A stretch of DNA of 64,000 bases from the human T2T-CHM13v2.0 reference genome, Homo sapiens: the NCBI RefSeq assembly GCF_009914755.1, contig NC_060930.1. One strand, 5' to 3'. A program made the translations under genes and the position numbers. Below the pieces are notes generated by a model. That model ran no database searches. It was not told where the DNA came from and saw only the letters and a program-made list of their open reading frames with translations. Position 1 is the stretch's first letter. Every line of letters starts with the position of its first letter. Shown piece by piece: positions 1 through 16,449 of the stretch.

Positions 1-167
1 AGTAATCTGGCCAAGGGCTTCAGTTCAGGCTCTGTATCATTCAGACTATTTATACCCTTTTTGAGCTTTTCATTTCTACATCTGTAAAATAAGACCACTG
101 AGATCATTTGAGAAAAGGATAAAGACATGGAATATGCATCAACATAAGAGAGTCTGTTACACTATGT

Positions 168-475
168 CAGGGGTCGGCAAACTTTTTCTGTAAAGGACAA
201 ATAGGAAGTATTTTAGGGTTTGTGGGCCACACAGTCTTTGTCAAAACTACTCAATTCTGCCATTATAGAGCAAAGGCAGCCTGAGATGATACATACAGGA
301 AGGAGCATGACTGTGTTCCAATAAAACTTTATTATAGATTTTGAAATTTGGATTTCATGTAACTTTCACATTTCATAAAATATTATTGTTCTTTCAATTT
401 TGTTTAACTATTTAATAATTTTAAAAAATCATCCTTAGCTTGCAAGCCATACAGAAACAGGCAGGGGCTGGTTTA
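168..475 (+). mobile_element. MER58-type hAT-Charlie DNA transposon
   Basis: Starts CAGGGGTCGGCAAACTTTTTCTGTAAAGG...TTTGTGGGCCAC...ACTACTCAATTCTGCC, typical of the MER58 consensus. Confidence 0.7.
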
Positions 476-1309
476 TGGAATGTTACTCTATTTGGAGATA
501 TCACTGATATCCATGTTTATGATTGGCACATTTAAGTGATCAGAAAGGAAATATTTTTCAAGTGGAACAAACTGTTTCATCTCTTCTCACCAATGACCAC
601 TGACCCTACAATGTCTTCTACTTTTGGTGTGTGCCATATCAGAAGAAATTGCTGGAGCATGTAAGAATCTTTATATTTTAAGGCTAGCTGAGCTGAGGGT
701 TCAGTAGAGGGCAAAGACCAAACTGATACCCAAGGCAAGCTCCAGAAAAGAAATTTCTAGGTAAAGCATTGTTGCCTGATAAAGAAATAGTTTATTTTTT
801 AAAATAAAAATAAAAACATCAATCAAGCACTTAATATACATCAGTGAATAGCCTTTGAGCTCCTACAAGCATGGGTCTGGGTCTCCGCAAGGTAGTCAGG
901 CTCTTGGCACCAGTAGGCAGACAGGTTTGGAGGCAGCACCAGCAGAAGTGATCCCGAAGGCACTGTCCTCCACTTTGTCTCCACATGCAGTCTTCCCAGT
1001 GATCTCCCAGTCACTAGCACCCCAAAAGGCAGTATCTTGAAACAAAAATGCGTGTACCACCTTTCTCATCCACACTCACAGGCCCATGTGCACATGCATA
1101 TGGCATTGTCAGGATGAGCGCCTAGTGAGAGCCCCTTCATCTTATTGGCTTCTTTTGAACTCTTAGACATCTGGGTGCAGTGATTCCTTTCATCTCTCGA
1201 TACCCTGACCAAAGGAGTTGGTTTGCGGACAGCTATTACTTGTACCTATTATTGTACATGTAAATATGTTATATGGACTAGTTAGACATTATGGTGTCCA
1301 TTTGAGGTA

Positions 1310-1971
<662 letters not shown>

Positions 1972-2531
1972 AGGAGCAAGGCTTAGGAGCAGGTCTCATT
2001 CCTGGAGCTAGTAGCTGAAGGGGAAGGCATCTACCCAAGAGAGTGGTCATCTACAATGTCCATCATATGTACAAGTTCCAGGCCTTGATAAAGGAAATAG
2101 AAATTCTCACACCACTGGAAACTTCCACCTCCTCCTGCACCCGGCTCTCTAGGGGCTTGACTTTGAAGAGAAAGGTGCCAGGTGATTGCTCTTCTGTCAC
2201 AAACATAAGAATGGAGCCACTGCAGGAAGGAGGGTCAAAAAATTTATTTTGTTCAAGCCTTGGAGAGCGAGCCACATCTTGTAACCAGATTGTGGTGCTC
2301 TATGTTATGTACTTGTCCTATTACCCTGGACGTTAGTAAATGTTCCAGCCTTGCCTCAGGGTTGCTGTGGGTTTGGGAGCATTGCCCCCATGAGGTCAGT
2401 TCTGTGATGGCAGCAGTAACTCATGAGATCCCCAAGGGAAAGAGACATCAATAGTTGAGAATATGCAATCCTTCTGTGAACCTTCGCCCTCCTGTACCAA
2501 TCCTACAAAATTAGGAGTCATTGTTCTATGA

Positions 2532-2894
<363 letters not shown>

Positions 2895-2949
2895 TGTAAA
2901 TAAGTATTCTTACACAGTAGGTGCAAGATGATAGCATATAGGTTAGACA

Positions 2950-3570
2950 TAGGCTAGAATCTGTGGGACCTTAGGCAAGTTACTTCACCTCTCTGTGTTT
3001 AGCGTTCTCATCTATAAGATATATATAATAGTACTTCTCTGAAAAGGCTTCTTGTAAGAATTAAATAATATATAAAAATGCTTAGCACAGTGCCAGGCTT
3101 ATAGTACATGGTTAACACAAGTTCCCTATTATTGCTATAGTACCTTGCCAAACTTCTTTTTTATCAGCCTGATTAATGGGGGGGAAACTACCTTCTTCCT
3201 CGGGTCTTCTGATTTCCTGGAAAATTAGTAAACTGTAGTAAAACTATGGACATCAGTCCCTAAGATCATAGCACTAGGCTAGGCAATGTGGGAACTTCAA
3301 AAGAATTTTAGAACATAGTTCTCGTCCACCAAGTGCTTACAAGTAAGTTGGAAATGCAGATACGTGGGTTTAAATCTTGACACTACTGTTTAATAACCTT
3401 AAGGACCTTGAGCAAGTTTTTTTTTAAATCTCTCTAGGCCTCAGTTTCTTCTTTTTAAAAATGGGGATTATAACAGTAATCACCTCATTGAGTTAATATG
3501 ATAATTAAATAAGTGAATAGAAGGAAAATGGTCCAACAGTGTTGACATATGGTAAATGCTAACTATTGCT
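2950..3570 (+). mobile_element. MIR fragments (two)
   Basis: GACCTTAGGCAAGTTACTTCACCTCTCTGTG...TCTCATCTATAA and CCTCAGTTTC...AAAATGGGGAT core motifs. Confidence 0.65.
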
Positions 3571-5111
3571 ATCTATCACCATGAAGCAGTGTATGTATGA
3601 GGAAGTGCCCACAGGAGTGTGCCTCCGGGATGAAGCAAAGCAACAGAGATCCAAGCAGGAGAGGCTGCAACAGGCTGGAGATATGCAGAGTCTTCATGGG
3701 GGAGGTAAGACTTAGCTGAGTTTGCAGGCTAGGTAAGCTTGAGACAGGCAAAGACACGTTCAGGAAGAAATAGCATTACCAAAAATACTAAGAAGGAAAT
3801 TGGCAGGGGCATTTGTTACTACAAACTGCCTTACTAATTCCAGCATACCAGGATTCTCTTTGAGACTTGCAATGCGTAACAGGTAAGTGCTTAATGAATA
3901 TTTTCCAACTTGTAAAGGACACAGGGAAGTGTGGATTATTCCTTCCCACCCCCAAAATTATTTTACGTCAGTTTCTTGAATTCTGCAAAATTCTCATCTA
4001 AATTATTGCAGCTAAGTTTATGCAGTTGTATAGTTGGGGGTGGGCAGTGGGAGAATTTGTAGCTGTAATATCCTGTTTTGACAGTAGGTGGCTCCCTTAC
4101 ATATATGTAAGAAAAGTGGCACTGTGGTCTGTATAGGAAATCACTTAAGTCACTTGAGTAATTGTCACATACTGTATGTCATTGAGGCTGAACATGGAGG
4201 CAGTTCTTCACATTGATTTTTGTATGAAAGATGACATTAATGCAGCAGAAGGAACTTTCTTCCTTCTTAGGAACTATGCTTACCTCTTGAGGGTGACAAT
4301 CTGATTATTATTCTGGGAGTGAAGGTCAGATCCTTGGCAGTACATGTTCCCTCAACTTCTCTCATAAAGATTGGCATTCAGCTTTAACAGTACCTCGTTC
4401 ATACATGCTATAGACATCACAATCTGGGCTTCTAACTACTACAAAATTATGCTAGAACTTTAGTAATGGCATGGATAACCCACCAGGAACCTTTTCATTT
4501 TACCATTCCTTGATATTTAGACTCCACAGACATCAGCTTCATTTCATTCAATATCAGAAATAAGTAGTAGCTCCAGTTAGTCTCTCTTTTTCCGTCAAGT
4601 GGACCTGCTTAAATTCTACAGCTGGTAATCTCAGCTCCATTCTGGCCAGTTCGACCCATTGTCCCATCCTGTTACTCCTTATCGATCTGAGGTTTGCTAG
4701 AATCCTCTGTTCTGGGGTACTGTGGGAGAAAGTCTACAAATAGAGCAAATCTGGGCCACTGCAGATTTCAATCACATGTGACTAAATTACAATCAGATCA
4801 TAAAAATTAGTCTGCAACACTGATATTGATTACAAATTTTATAAGTATCAATAAACTATGCTCTCATTTTTGGTACTTCAAGTCATTTTTATTACTAAGT
4901 TGCTGACAGGGATAACCTATTTTTTTAAATGCCTAATGCACACATGTATCATTGTCCATCAGAATCAAAGACAGAATTTGTACATAATATTGAAAAATGG
5001 AAAAGTGCTTGCTGCACATGGTATTTTAGATTAGCTACTTTTGCAAAGTGTGTACCCCTGGACCACCTGAACTAGAATAACCTGGAATGCTTGTTAAAAT
5101 GAAAATTTTCA

Positions 5112-5437
<326 letters not shown>

Positions 5438-5619
5438 TTAACCAGAAAAATGATATTTATTTTTTCATTTTCAGCAAACATCATACTTAAAGGGGTAATG
5501 CAAGCATTTATTTTAAGCTAGTGGAACTGAGTATTACTACTGCTACTATTCAAAATTGAACTGGAAGTTTTAATTAGAACAGTAAAAGAGGGAAAAGACA
5601 TGAAAAGTAAATGTACTGA

Positions 5620-6890
5620 CTGATACTACCTGACTTCAAGGCTTACTGAAAAGCTACCAGACAGTGTGGTATAAGCCAAAGAATAAATAAATAGATCAGT
5701 GGAACAGAATAAGGAGTCCAGAAATAGACCCACACAGACATAGTCAATTCTTTTGAAAAAGGTGCAAAGGCAATCCAAAGGAGAAAAGATAATATTTTCA
5801 ACAAAAGGTGCTGGCACAACAGGACATCCAGAAGCAAAAAAGAAAAAAAGAAAAAAAAATGAAGACACAAACTCTATAGCCTTCACAAAAATTAACTCAA
5901 AATGATAACAGACCTAAATGTAAAACACAAAATTATAAAACCTATAGGATATAACAGAAAAAAACTAGATGACCTTGAATTTGATGATGATTTTTTAATA
6001 GAATACCAAAAGCATCATCCATAAAAGAAAAAATGGATAGGTTGGGCTTCATGAAAATTGAAAACTTCTGCACTGCAAAATACCTTGTTAAGGGAATGAA
6101 AACACAAGCCACAGACTTGGATAACATTTTTGCAAAACACATATGTGATAAAGGACTGTTAACCACATCATACAAAGAACCCTTAAAACTAAACAATATG
6201 AAACAAAAAACCCAACTTTTAAAATGAGCAAAAAATTTCAACAGATATCTCACTAAAGGAGATATATAGATGGCAATTAAGCATATGAAAAGGTGTTCAA
6301 CATCATATGTCATTAGGGAATTGCAAATTAAAATAACAATAACATACTACTACACACCTATTAGGATGGCCAAAACAATACATTTACAACAACAAATGCT
6401 GCCAAGGACGTGAAGAAATTGGAATTCTTTTCTCTGCTGACATGTGGGAATGCAGAATGGTATAGCCACTTTGGAAAGCAGTTTGGCAGTTTCTTACAAA
6501 ACTAAACATAGTCTTACCATGTGGTTCAACAATTGTACTCCAGTAAAAAGATCAGTGGTTGCCAGGGGTTGGGGGAAGGGAGGGATGATAGAGCACAGAG
6601 CATTTTTATAACAGTAAAACTATTCTGTATGATACTGTAATGGTGGATACCTGTCCTTATACATTTGTCCCAACCCATAGATTCCACGGCACCAAGAGTG
6701 AATCCTAAACTATGGACTTCAGGTGATAATGATGGGTTCATCAATTATAACATGTGCCACCGTGGTGCAGGATGTCAGTAGCCAGGGAGGTTAGGTGTGT
6801 GGGGATAGGGATAGACGGGAACTTTGTACTTTCTACTCAATACTGCTGTGAACCTAAAATTGCTCTAAAAAATAAAATTTATTAATTTTT
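5620..6890 (+). mobile_element. Old L1 (L1MC-like) ORF2 end and 3' UTR
   Basis: Degenerate ORF2 C-terminus (FMKIENFCTAK...IFAKHICDKGL) and a 3' end with AATAAA. Confidence 0.8.
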
Positions 6891-7859
6891 TTAAAAGTGG
6901 GGACAAAGTCTTCCCTGGAACCTGTCACAAGACATGCCTATGACATGCTTTTGGTGTCTACATATCAAGCCAGCTTTTTTCCACTTAATTAACATCTCAT
7001 ATTCATTAAACAATTATTAATAAAATACCTACCATGGGATAGGCATTGTTCTAGGTACTAGGAATAAAGTAGCAAATGAAGCAGATATTTAAAAACTCAG
7101 ATATTTCACATCTGGGAATCTGAATAAATTACATGCGATACAAAAAATTCTTATACTCAAATAACTCCACTGTTATTTATAATGGTGAAAACTTGAAAAT
7201 ATACTACATAATAGTGGGAATACTTCAGTAAATTATGACACATCCACTCAATTGCATATTATACAGCTATTAAAAATACAGCCCATAATAAGATATAAAA
7301 ATGTCTGTGTTGTAATGTTGACTGTAAAGGAGTAACATAAGATATGGTAAGAATGTAGATAAGGTGAGTCATTACATGAACATGTTAACAACATTAATCC
7401 TTTGTTAATGAATCTATGGGTGGCAGATTTGTACTCCCAAATTTTCATAAAGAGCATGTCTTATTTTTATAATGGAAAATGTCCCAATAAAATATTTTTA
7501 AGCCTAGACACTTAATATTTGAATTGACTAGCCAAATCTTCATGCTTTTAATGTCGTAGGTGTGTATCTAATAATTGCTGAAGCTGGAATTTCCTTCGTG
7601 TGCAGTCAGCCACACCTCGCTATACCTGTCAAACCATCTCAATTATCCACTCCAATTGTCATGCCTCTCGTGGGTTAGTTGTAAATGGAACACAACTCTA
7701 GCATGACATTGCGACTTAAAAGAGCATATCCAGTATTTCGATGATCATTCTGGAAATATATTTCCTCTTCAAAGTTTTTACCTGTCAGTGAGGCATTTAA
7801 ATTGGGGCATTCTCTTGTTTCTGAAGTCTGATAAAATCTTGACCTTAGAATATTTATTG

Positions 7860-8780
7860 GTAATATTTATTCATTCACAAAATTAGTTCTTAGCATATCC
7901 TATATGTCAGGCATTAGTCTAGAGCTGGGGCTAGAAAAATGAATAAGATTGGGTTCCTGACCCCAGCCCAGGCTCACACTGTAGTAAAGGGAAACAGACA
8001 TGAACACTAGGTGACATGGAGTGTTAGGGGCGCTATGGTAGAAGTCTGCAGAGAGTGCAATGGGCGTCCAAATGAGGAAGTGATCACTTGCACAAGAGTG
8101 GGAGGCTTGGCTGGAAAGGCTTCTCTGAATAGGATGACATTTGATCTGTGTTTTGAAGGGCATCGTTGGCAAGGTAAGTAATCCAATTAAAGGAGGTTGC
8201 CTCAGCTAAAGCACAGTATGCTCAAAGGTGCGGATCATTTGAAAATTTGAGTTCAGGTGCAGTAGGGGTAAGGTAAGTATCCAACAGAATTTTCTACAAT
8301 GATGGAAATGTTCTATATTGTCACTGTCCAATACGGTAGCCTCTAGCCACATTTGGCCAGTACAACTGAAGAATTGAATATTAACTTTCATTTAATTCTA
8401 GCTAATTTAAATTTAAATAGTTTCATCAGTTAGTGGCTACCATATTGAACAGTGCAGGTTTAGAGATAAACAGAGGCCAGTTGCAGGAGGGTCTTGCATC
8501 CCATTGAGGAGGACTGAATTTTCTTCTGCAGGGCCTTCTGTGGTCTGCAGAAAGGGCAGTACACAGGCAGTAATATTATCAGCTTTGCCTGTGGGAGTGC
8601 CCCAGCCTGGAAGCAGATAATACAGTTAGGAGATTCCCATAACCTGCCTGAGTGAGAGCATTAGTAATTAGGGAAGGAAATGGATGTGAGACTTGCTGAG
8701 AAGGGCTGGACAGGCTTAGTGACAGGTCTGAGTGTGAGGGGAGAGGGAGTGGGGGAAGTGGGATCAGGTTTGAGCCAGCT
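7860..8780. mobile_element. L2 fragments with a nested MER3-like element (~8275-8455)
   Basis: ATTTATTCATTC...GGCATTAGTCTAGAGCTGGGG L2 motif; MER3 core GATGGAAATGTTCTATA...TTAATTTAAATTTAAATAG...GTGGCTACCATATTG. Confidence 0.6.
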
Positions 8781-8839
8781 ATTAAATCAATGCCAATTCA
8801 TCCCATAAAGAATGCAGAGAGTGGGACAGGTTTGGAGAG

Positions 8840-9184
8840 TGTAAGGAACATGGCTGTGCTGTAGCCAAGCAGGCATAGGGTAGCAGGAATAGGCCGAGGT
8901 AAACAGCCTAGACATCTCAGCGGGATTGGGGTGCAAGTGCACAGTCCTGTGTCTTATATAGTCACAGCCATGTAGGCATAACATAGAGCAGCTCCCCACC
9001 TGGCTCTCAGCCACTAGTGTTTGTGTAGTGTATAAATGTAACACTGACCCTGTGAAGGGGCTGCTGAATAAAGCCATGTCTCATTTACCTGCTGTCTCTC
9101 CAGTGTTCTTCCAGCTCCCTGCCCCACATCCACCCACTGTCCTCAGACCTCAGCTGGGGCTGCACCCCAACCCTGAGTGTGACA
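8840..9184 (+). mobile_element. Solo ERVL LTR (LTR18-type)
   Basis: TGTAAGGAACATGGCTGTGC...GTGTGACA; 5-bp TSD GAGAG at 8835-8839 and 9185-9189; TATAAA 9031-9036; AATAAA 9067-9072. Confidence 0.85.
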
Positions 9185-9238
9185 GAGAGAAGATGAGTGT
9201 TAGAGATCATGATCCTGAAGTGCTGACGAGAAATTCAG
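9076..9238 (+). other. LINC01590: Putative microprotein ORF, first part (LINC01590/C6orf164 transcript)
   Basis: ATG at 9076, [20 protein letters not shown]...PEVLTRNS, donor CAG|GTGAGT after 9238; matches my recall of the C6orf164 predicted 76-aa protein. Confidence 0.6.
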
Positions 9239-9254
9239 GTGAGTTATTACTATC

Positions 9255-9569
9255 TTTCTTTCTTTTTCTTTTCTTTTCTTTTTTTGAGATGGAGTCTTGC
9301 ACTCTGTCTCCCAGGCTGGAGTGCAATGGCGTGATCTTGGCTCACCCCAACCTCCGCTTCCCAGGTTCAAGTGATTCTCCTGCCTCAGCCTCCTGAATAG
9401 CTGGGATTACAGGCAAGTGCCACCATGCCTGGCTAATTTTTGTATTTTTAGTAGAGATGGGGTTTCTGTACGTTGGCCGGGTTGGTCTCGAACTCCTGAC
9501 CTCACGTGATCCACCCACCTAGGCCTCCCAAAGTGCTGGGATTACAGGCATGAGCCACTGCTCCCAGCC
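9255..9569 (-). mobile_element. Alu
   Basis: Antisense Alu; TSD-like TTATTAC(TC)TATCTTTC. Confidence 0.95.
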
Positions 9570-9770
9570 ACTTATTACTATCTTTCTACTTGCATTGTGC
9601 CAAGAGGAAACTGACAGTTCAGCCCTCGTCAACTGAGAGACAGTTGAATTAAAGTAATCTGATGGCATCTCTGGCATTTATTCAGCCATAAGAAAACAGC
9701 TGCTAAAAGTGGAATGCAGCTTTTTTAGAATTTCAGCAAAGGTGGAAGGAGATCCAAAAAATTCCTTCTT

Positions 9771-10065
<295 letters not shown>

Positions 10066-10298
10066 ATTCCTCCTCACAAAATTGAGGACTTATGGACTAC
10101 AGAGAAAGGCAGTTTTCTTGATGATTGAGAAAATAGTATGACTTTAATAAGGGTTTAGACTGTCCCAAATTAAACTTCGTCGTTGGGATTCATGCCGTAA
10201 TGCTTCCCATAGTGGGAGGGAATCATAAAGATGAAATTCAAACTGGAGCCCAGTCACCATCCCCCATACCCACCTCCACTACCTGCTCTCCTAGGAAG

Positions 10299-10366
10299 CC
10301 TGCAAGCCTAGAGGTCAGCTCAGTGGCCACCTTCTGAAGCCCAGGGCACCATTGGAAGCTGCCTAG
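10299..10366 (+). other. LINC01590: Putative microprotein ORF, second part (LINC01590/C6orf164)
   Basis: After the AAG acceptor (10296-10298) it continues in frame as ACKPRGQLSGHLLKPRAPLEAA*; 163+68 = 231 nt = 76 aa plus stop. Confidence 0.55.
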
Positions 10367-10689
10367 TTTGAGGCACGGATGGAAGAGGAAAACACTGAGA
10401 ACAACATCCCTCTTCCTGAGGAATGCATACAAGGGTGCTTGGGGGTGGGTTGGGGATCCCAAGGCAGGAGAGCCAAAGCTGGAGTCAGAGGAAGCTCTTC
10501 TTCTGAAACCTGTAATTTCAATGTCTTTTCCTTTCCCTTCAAAATTGTAATTTCCTTCTGAAATCATTCTAACCCTTTAGTAAAGACATTAATTTAAAGA
10601 TGTTTAAAAATCTCCCCCCACCCTCTTTTTTAACCTACTCACTTCTATACTCACCTCTTTAACCCAGATGGTCAACTGTGACTATTACA

Positions 10690-11500
10690 TCCCAGGCTCT
10701 CTTCTTAGGTGTGGGGAACTCAACAAGGTATGCTCCCTGTCTTCAAAGAGCTATGGTCTAGTGGGAGAGACAGACAGGAAAATAGACTTCCATAGAGTAT
10801 TGAGAGCTTTGTCAGGTGTAAGCAGTGGGGGAATGGAGAAATGGGGAGTTACTGCTTGATAAGTATGAAGTTTCTTTTTGCAGTGGTGGAAATGTTTTGG
10901 AACTAGTTAGAGGTGAAGGTTTAGGACCCTAAACCCAGTATCGCCGGTCAGAGAAAGTTTCATAGGAGAGATGGCTTCTGAAGACATGGAGGAATTAATC
11001 AGATGAAGAGGAAAGGGGACATTCAGAGATAGAGGGAGTAACCTCTAGGCAAAGGTCTGGAGCCCAGAAAAAAATGGAAGTTAATGCAACATGGCCAGAG
11101 AATGGCAACAGTGCAGTCTGTCAGGAGAGGAGAGGCAGTTGTGAAAGCTGAGGTTGACATTAACGGCTTCGTATACCATGCCAAGGAGTCTGGAGTTACC
11201 CAAAGACCATTGAGAAACCTTTACAAGGTGTTGAGCAGGGAATGACATGATCAGATTTCTATTTTTGAAAGATAAGTTTAGGCAAATAATTGGGGGAGTA
11301 CAAAACTGGAGAGGCAGGGAGCTCAATTAGTTCTTCATTGCAGTCATCTAAGCAAGCAAAGACAGTTGCTTTAATGAACGTGGGAGAAGTGGGAATGGAG
11401 AAAGCAAGTTGGTTCAAGAGAAGTTAATAAAGACTTGGTCATTAGTTAAGGATTGGGTAGATGGGTGCGAGGGTGGGTGAGCAAAAGACAGGGAGATATT
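10690..11500. mobile_element. L2 fragments
   Basis: GA-rich degenerate L2 3' motifs (GTCTAGTGGGAGAGACAGAC; GCAAAGGTCTGGAG; GACATGATCAGATTT). Confidence 0.55.
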
Positions 11501-12043
11501 CACCTTTAAGAAAAGCTACACAGCGACATTTTCCACATATACAAAATAGATCAGTAGCACATATCAGAGTTGCTCATGGTGGGCTGCCAATGCATGGCTG
11601 ATATGCTGTCCTTCACTCTCTAGAGTTGAGAATCATTGCCACACATGCTACAGTAGCAAAGATTTTGATGCTTTGAATCCTGTTTTCCTAATTAAGACCA
11701 TGTGGTATGTGTATGAAGTTGCACCTGGTTTATAATTCTAAGAAAGAAGAACCACTATTGCCCCCACTTTTTATAGAAGCTTGATGATTATAACAGAATT
11801 CACTGATTCTTTTTTTTTCATTTTTGTGCTCTTATAATTTTGACTTCTTTTGTAATATATAAAAAAGCCCTATGCTTGTTTATCTTCCTTAAATGCCTCA
11901 ATTACCCTCCCTGATTTAAGTGGTGAAAATCTGACGCTAAGGTCCCTTATTTCTCCACTGACTGATTCATGCGATGGAGAAAGAGATGGAAAATGAAGAA
12001 TTAAGGCTTTCTTTCGTCATTCATCTTACCTTTAAAGATTCTT

Positions 12044-12659
<616 letters not shown>

Positions 12660-13353
12660 AAAATATTCTTGATAATTACAAAGAAAAGTAGATTTTTAAG
12701 GGTTAGACAGGACCCTTGAACTCAAGAAGCTATGCTATGTTTGTATCAGGAAACGAAACTATCTGCTTTTTTTTCTGCCTTTTTGTATCTGTGCCCATGT
12801 AAATAACATTTGAAAAAGAATCTCCATGAAGAAGATGGTTAAGGAATAATCTTGTGATCCTCCTGACTAAAAGGATATGGGAAAGTACATGAAAATAGCT
12901 CATGCTTATCCTAAGAGAAACGGAAATAAGGGTGACTTGCATTGTCTTACTTGTTCCATAATTTCTTTCTCATTATTGACCTGAAATCTCAACTTCCCTC
13001 TCCGTTATCAAGCCTTTTTGTGGAGAAGGAAAGATAAACTGGAAAAGGAGATTGTCAGCTAATTCCAGGACTCTGACTTTCACAGTTTCAAAATCGATGC
13101 CCTACATGTAATATACAGGTTGTGTTTTTTTAAAAAAAGGAGAGCTGTTGTGAAGCACATGGATAATAATGGAGAAAGACAATGAAAACAAAGTGAATAA
13201 CACAATATATATTTTTTTAACTTTTGAGGATTTTTTAGGAATACAGCTCTGTTTTAATGCTTAACATCCACAAAGCACAACTAAAAGTAGAGAAGTTCTA
13301 TATTACTGAGGCTTTATTTTTTATTATAAAACATATACAGAAAAGTCAGTGTA

Positions 13354-13530
13354 ACATATATATTTATATATACATATATACATATGTGTATAAATACATA
13401 TGTATATATACGTATGTGTATGTGTACATATACGTGTGTGTATATGTGTATATATGTACATATACATACGTGTATGTGTATATATGTACATATACGTATG
13501 TGTATATGTGTATATATGTATATATCTATA
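13354..13530. repeat. Compound (TA)/(CATA)/(TGTA) microsatellite
   Basis: About 180 bp of mostly alternating purine-pyrimidine sequence. Confidence 0.95.
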
Positions 13531-14066
13531 CAGTTAAAAAATTATAAAGTGAATAGCCATGTAACTACTATCTAGATGCAAGTTAAAAACTAGAAATTTT
13601 TTTTTCCCACCCTGTCTTACAGTGCTGAAAAAATTAGAAATTTTAAACCAAGAGTACACTGCCACTTGCATGAACTTCAGGGAATCTGTATATTATCTAA
13701 AATTATATATAAAATTAGGGGCTCTATGAATTCTTTGGGAAAAAGAGTCTAGAATTTTCAGAAGCTTAAAAGAATTCCCCTCATTTTAAGTACTTATAAG
13801 AGCAATAAGACTTAAGATGGCTCCGTAACTTAGTAGCTTTGCAGTCTTAGACTAGTCTCTTGCTCTCTGAATATTGATTTCTATATCTGTAAAGTGAAAT
13901 AATAATGTTCACTCTCATGAGGCTGTTTTAAGGAACAGATGAGTTATCTATCTGTGAAATAGCTTTGTAAGCTCCAAAGTACTCTTTCAAATGTTAATTA
14001 TCTATCTTTGTTAGCAACTGAAAAATTTAGCTTAGATCTTCACAATATCTAAAGAACTGCTGGCTG

Positions 14067-14366
14067 GGCCGGTGGCTCATGCCTGTAATCCCAGCACTTT
14101 GGGAGGCCAAGGCGGGCAGATCACTTGAGGTTAGGAGTTCAAGACCAGCCTGGCCAACATGGTGAAACCCTGTCTCTACAAAAAATACAAAAATTAGCTG
14201 GGCATGGTGGCACATGCCTTTAGTCCCAGCTACTCAGGAGGCTGAGGCAAGAGAATCACTTGAACCTAGGAGGCGGAGGTTGCAGTGAGCTGAGATTGTG
14301 CCACTGCATGCTAGCCTGGGTGACAGAGTGAGACTCTGTCTCACAACAAACAAACAAACAAAAAAA
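14067..14366 (+). mobile_element. Alu
   Basis: Sense Alu with (CAAA)n tail. Confidence 0.95.
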
Positions 14367-15379
14367 CTAGTAAATTGCTTTTGTTGCTCTACATTGGTTT
14401 AAATGCATGGTCTAGCATGATAATGCTAGTCTGGCAATACGCTAGTTCCTGGTCAAGCCAACCATTCTTCAAGATCATGCTTGCTCCTGAGCTGCTGAAT
14501 AATTTCCAAAGAAAATCACTTAACATGGCAAAATGCTTTCACTTTAAATTCATGATCCTGACACTCAGATGCACATTCATTACTTCTCAGTAATTACTGA
14601 AAGTTACTGAAAGTTTCTAGTAAGCCCACCCACTCTTCTACCCTCCCAGATGGTTATTTCCTATTAGCCTCTCTCCAAGGTTACCCAAGGTTCCACTTCT
14701 GACCATGATGGAATAACAAGGACTGGACTTAACTTCCTACCACAAACAACTAGAAAACTGGGCAAAATATATAAAACAACTGTTTGCTATTATTGCCCCC
14801 AAATTTCTGCCTGGAGGCAGTTTCCAGATCCTGGGCATAGAAAGGTAAACCCACTGCCTAGGGACTTTATTGAGTTGAGGAGACAGAGATCAGAGTTCAC
14901 AGATGTGGAAATTGAAGGGCAAAGTTTTGGAAGGGATGAAGCTATACAAATAAATAAATAGAATTCATAAATCTGAGACTTTGCTAAGTACTTGGCTGTT
15001 CATGTATGGATTGACAATCCACACAGTCGAGCACAGAATGACCAGGGAGTATAAGCTAAATAATTCTTAGAGCTCACAGAGGATGAGAAGACATTTGAGC
15101 TCTGACCAGCCAGAGTGAAGAGTCCTCAGTGAAAACCAAGGAATTCATTGAAGACCTCTGAGCAGTTATTAATTAGTAGTAAGGTCAAATTATTTCTGGA
15201 ATGAAGACTACTCTAGACCTACCCTAAAAAAGCTTAAAAACAGTCCACAAATGAATCAAACTCATCCACAAATAACTGGCTGAAAAAAACAGCACAACCC
15301 TTCCTAAAGGGGGACAATTCAGACACTGAACAAGGATGCAATTCACAACGTCCAGTATTCAATAAAAAATTATTATTAT

Positions 15380-15753
<374 letters not shown>

Positions 15754-16449
15754 TGAGGAAAAGGAAAAATATATAATTCTCTCTTTAAATGTTGAACAGT
15801 TTGTGACATATTAAAGATACTTAATCAGAAGAAATTAATTCTACAATATTCTTAAAGGCAATCTTTTAGCTTTTAGATAAAAAACATTTGATAAAATGGG
15901 TTTCACTTCTTCTAGGATGACTTCCATCACAATTCTATTTTAAGACTGTTTTATGTAGATTTGTAATCTGGTGTTTTGAAACAACATAAAACTTGGTTTC
16001 TCTTTTAACAAAACTGAGAAGAGTTCTCATGCCTTCTTTTTCTCAAGGTAAATATATCCAGTTCTCTCTATCTTATTCTGACAAAATTTTTCTTATTCTC
16101 TGGATGCACTCTGGTTCCTCCGTGTTTTTTAATTAAATGCCATTGCTGCCTTGTTAAAACTAGGAACAAATAGTTCTACAAAGACTAGAAGTCCAATAAA
16201 CCATGGGAGTATAAAATATATTGTCATAGTTGATGTTGTCAATAATAACCATGATAAAGGTCATAAAATACTAGTTTCTAAAATTTATGAATCCTTTTAT
16301 CTATGTCAGATGCTGTGCTAAGTGCTTCATGACGGCTATCTCATTTTACTCTCACAACTCCACGAGATAGATACCATTGTTTTGTTTTATAAATGAGAAA
16401 TTTAAATCACTGAAAGGTTTATAAATGAACTCTTTCCACACTTATACTG

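Noticed and set aside
2043-2454. Overlapping 64-97 aa ORFs in unique-looking sequence
   Set aside because: No recognisable homology or convincing splice signals; lengths expected by chance
13257-13575. Tyr/Ile/Val/Cys-rich ORFs
   Set aside because: Translations of the microsatellite
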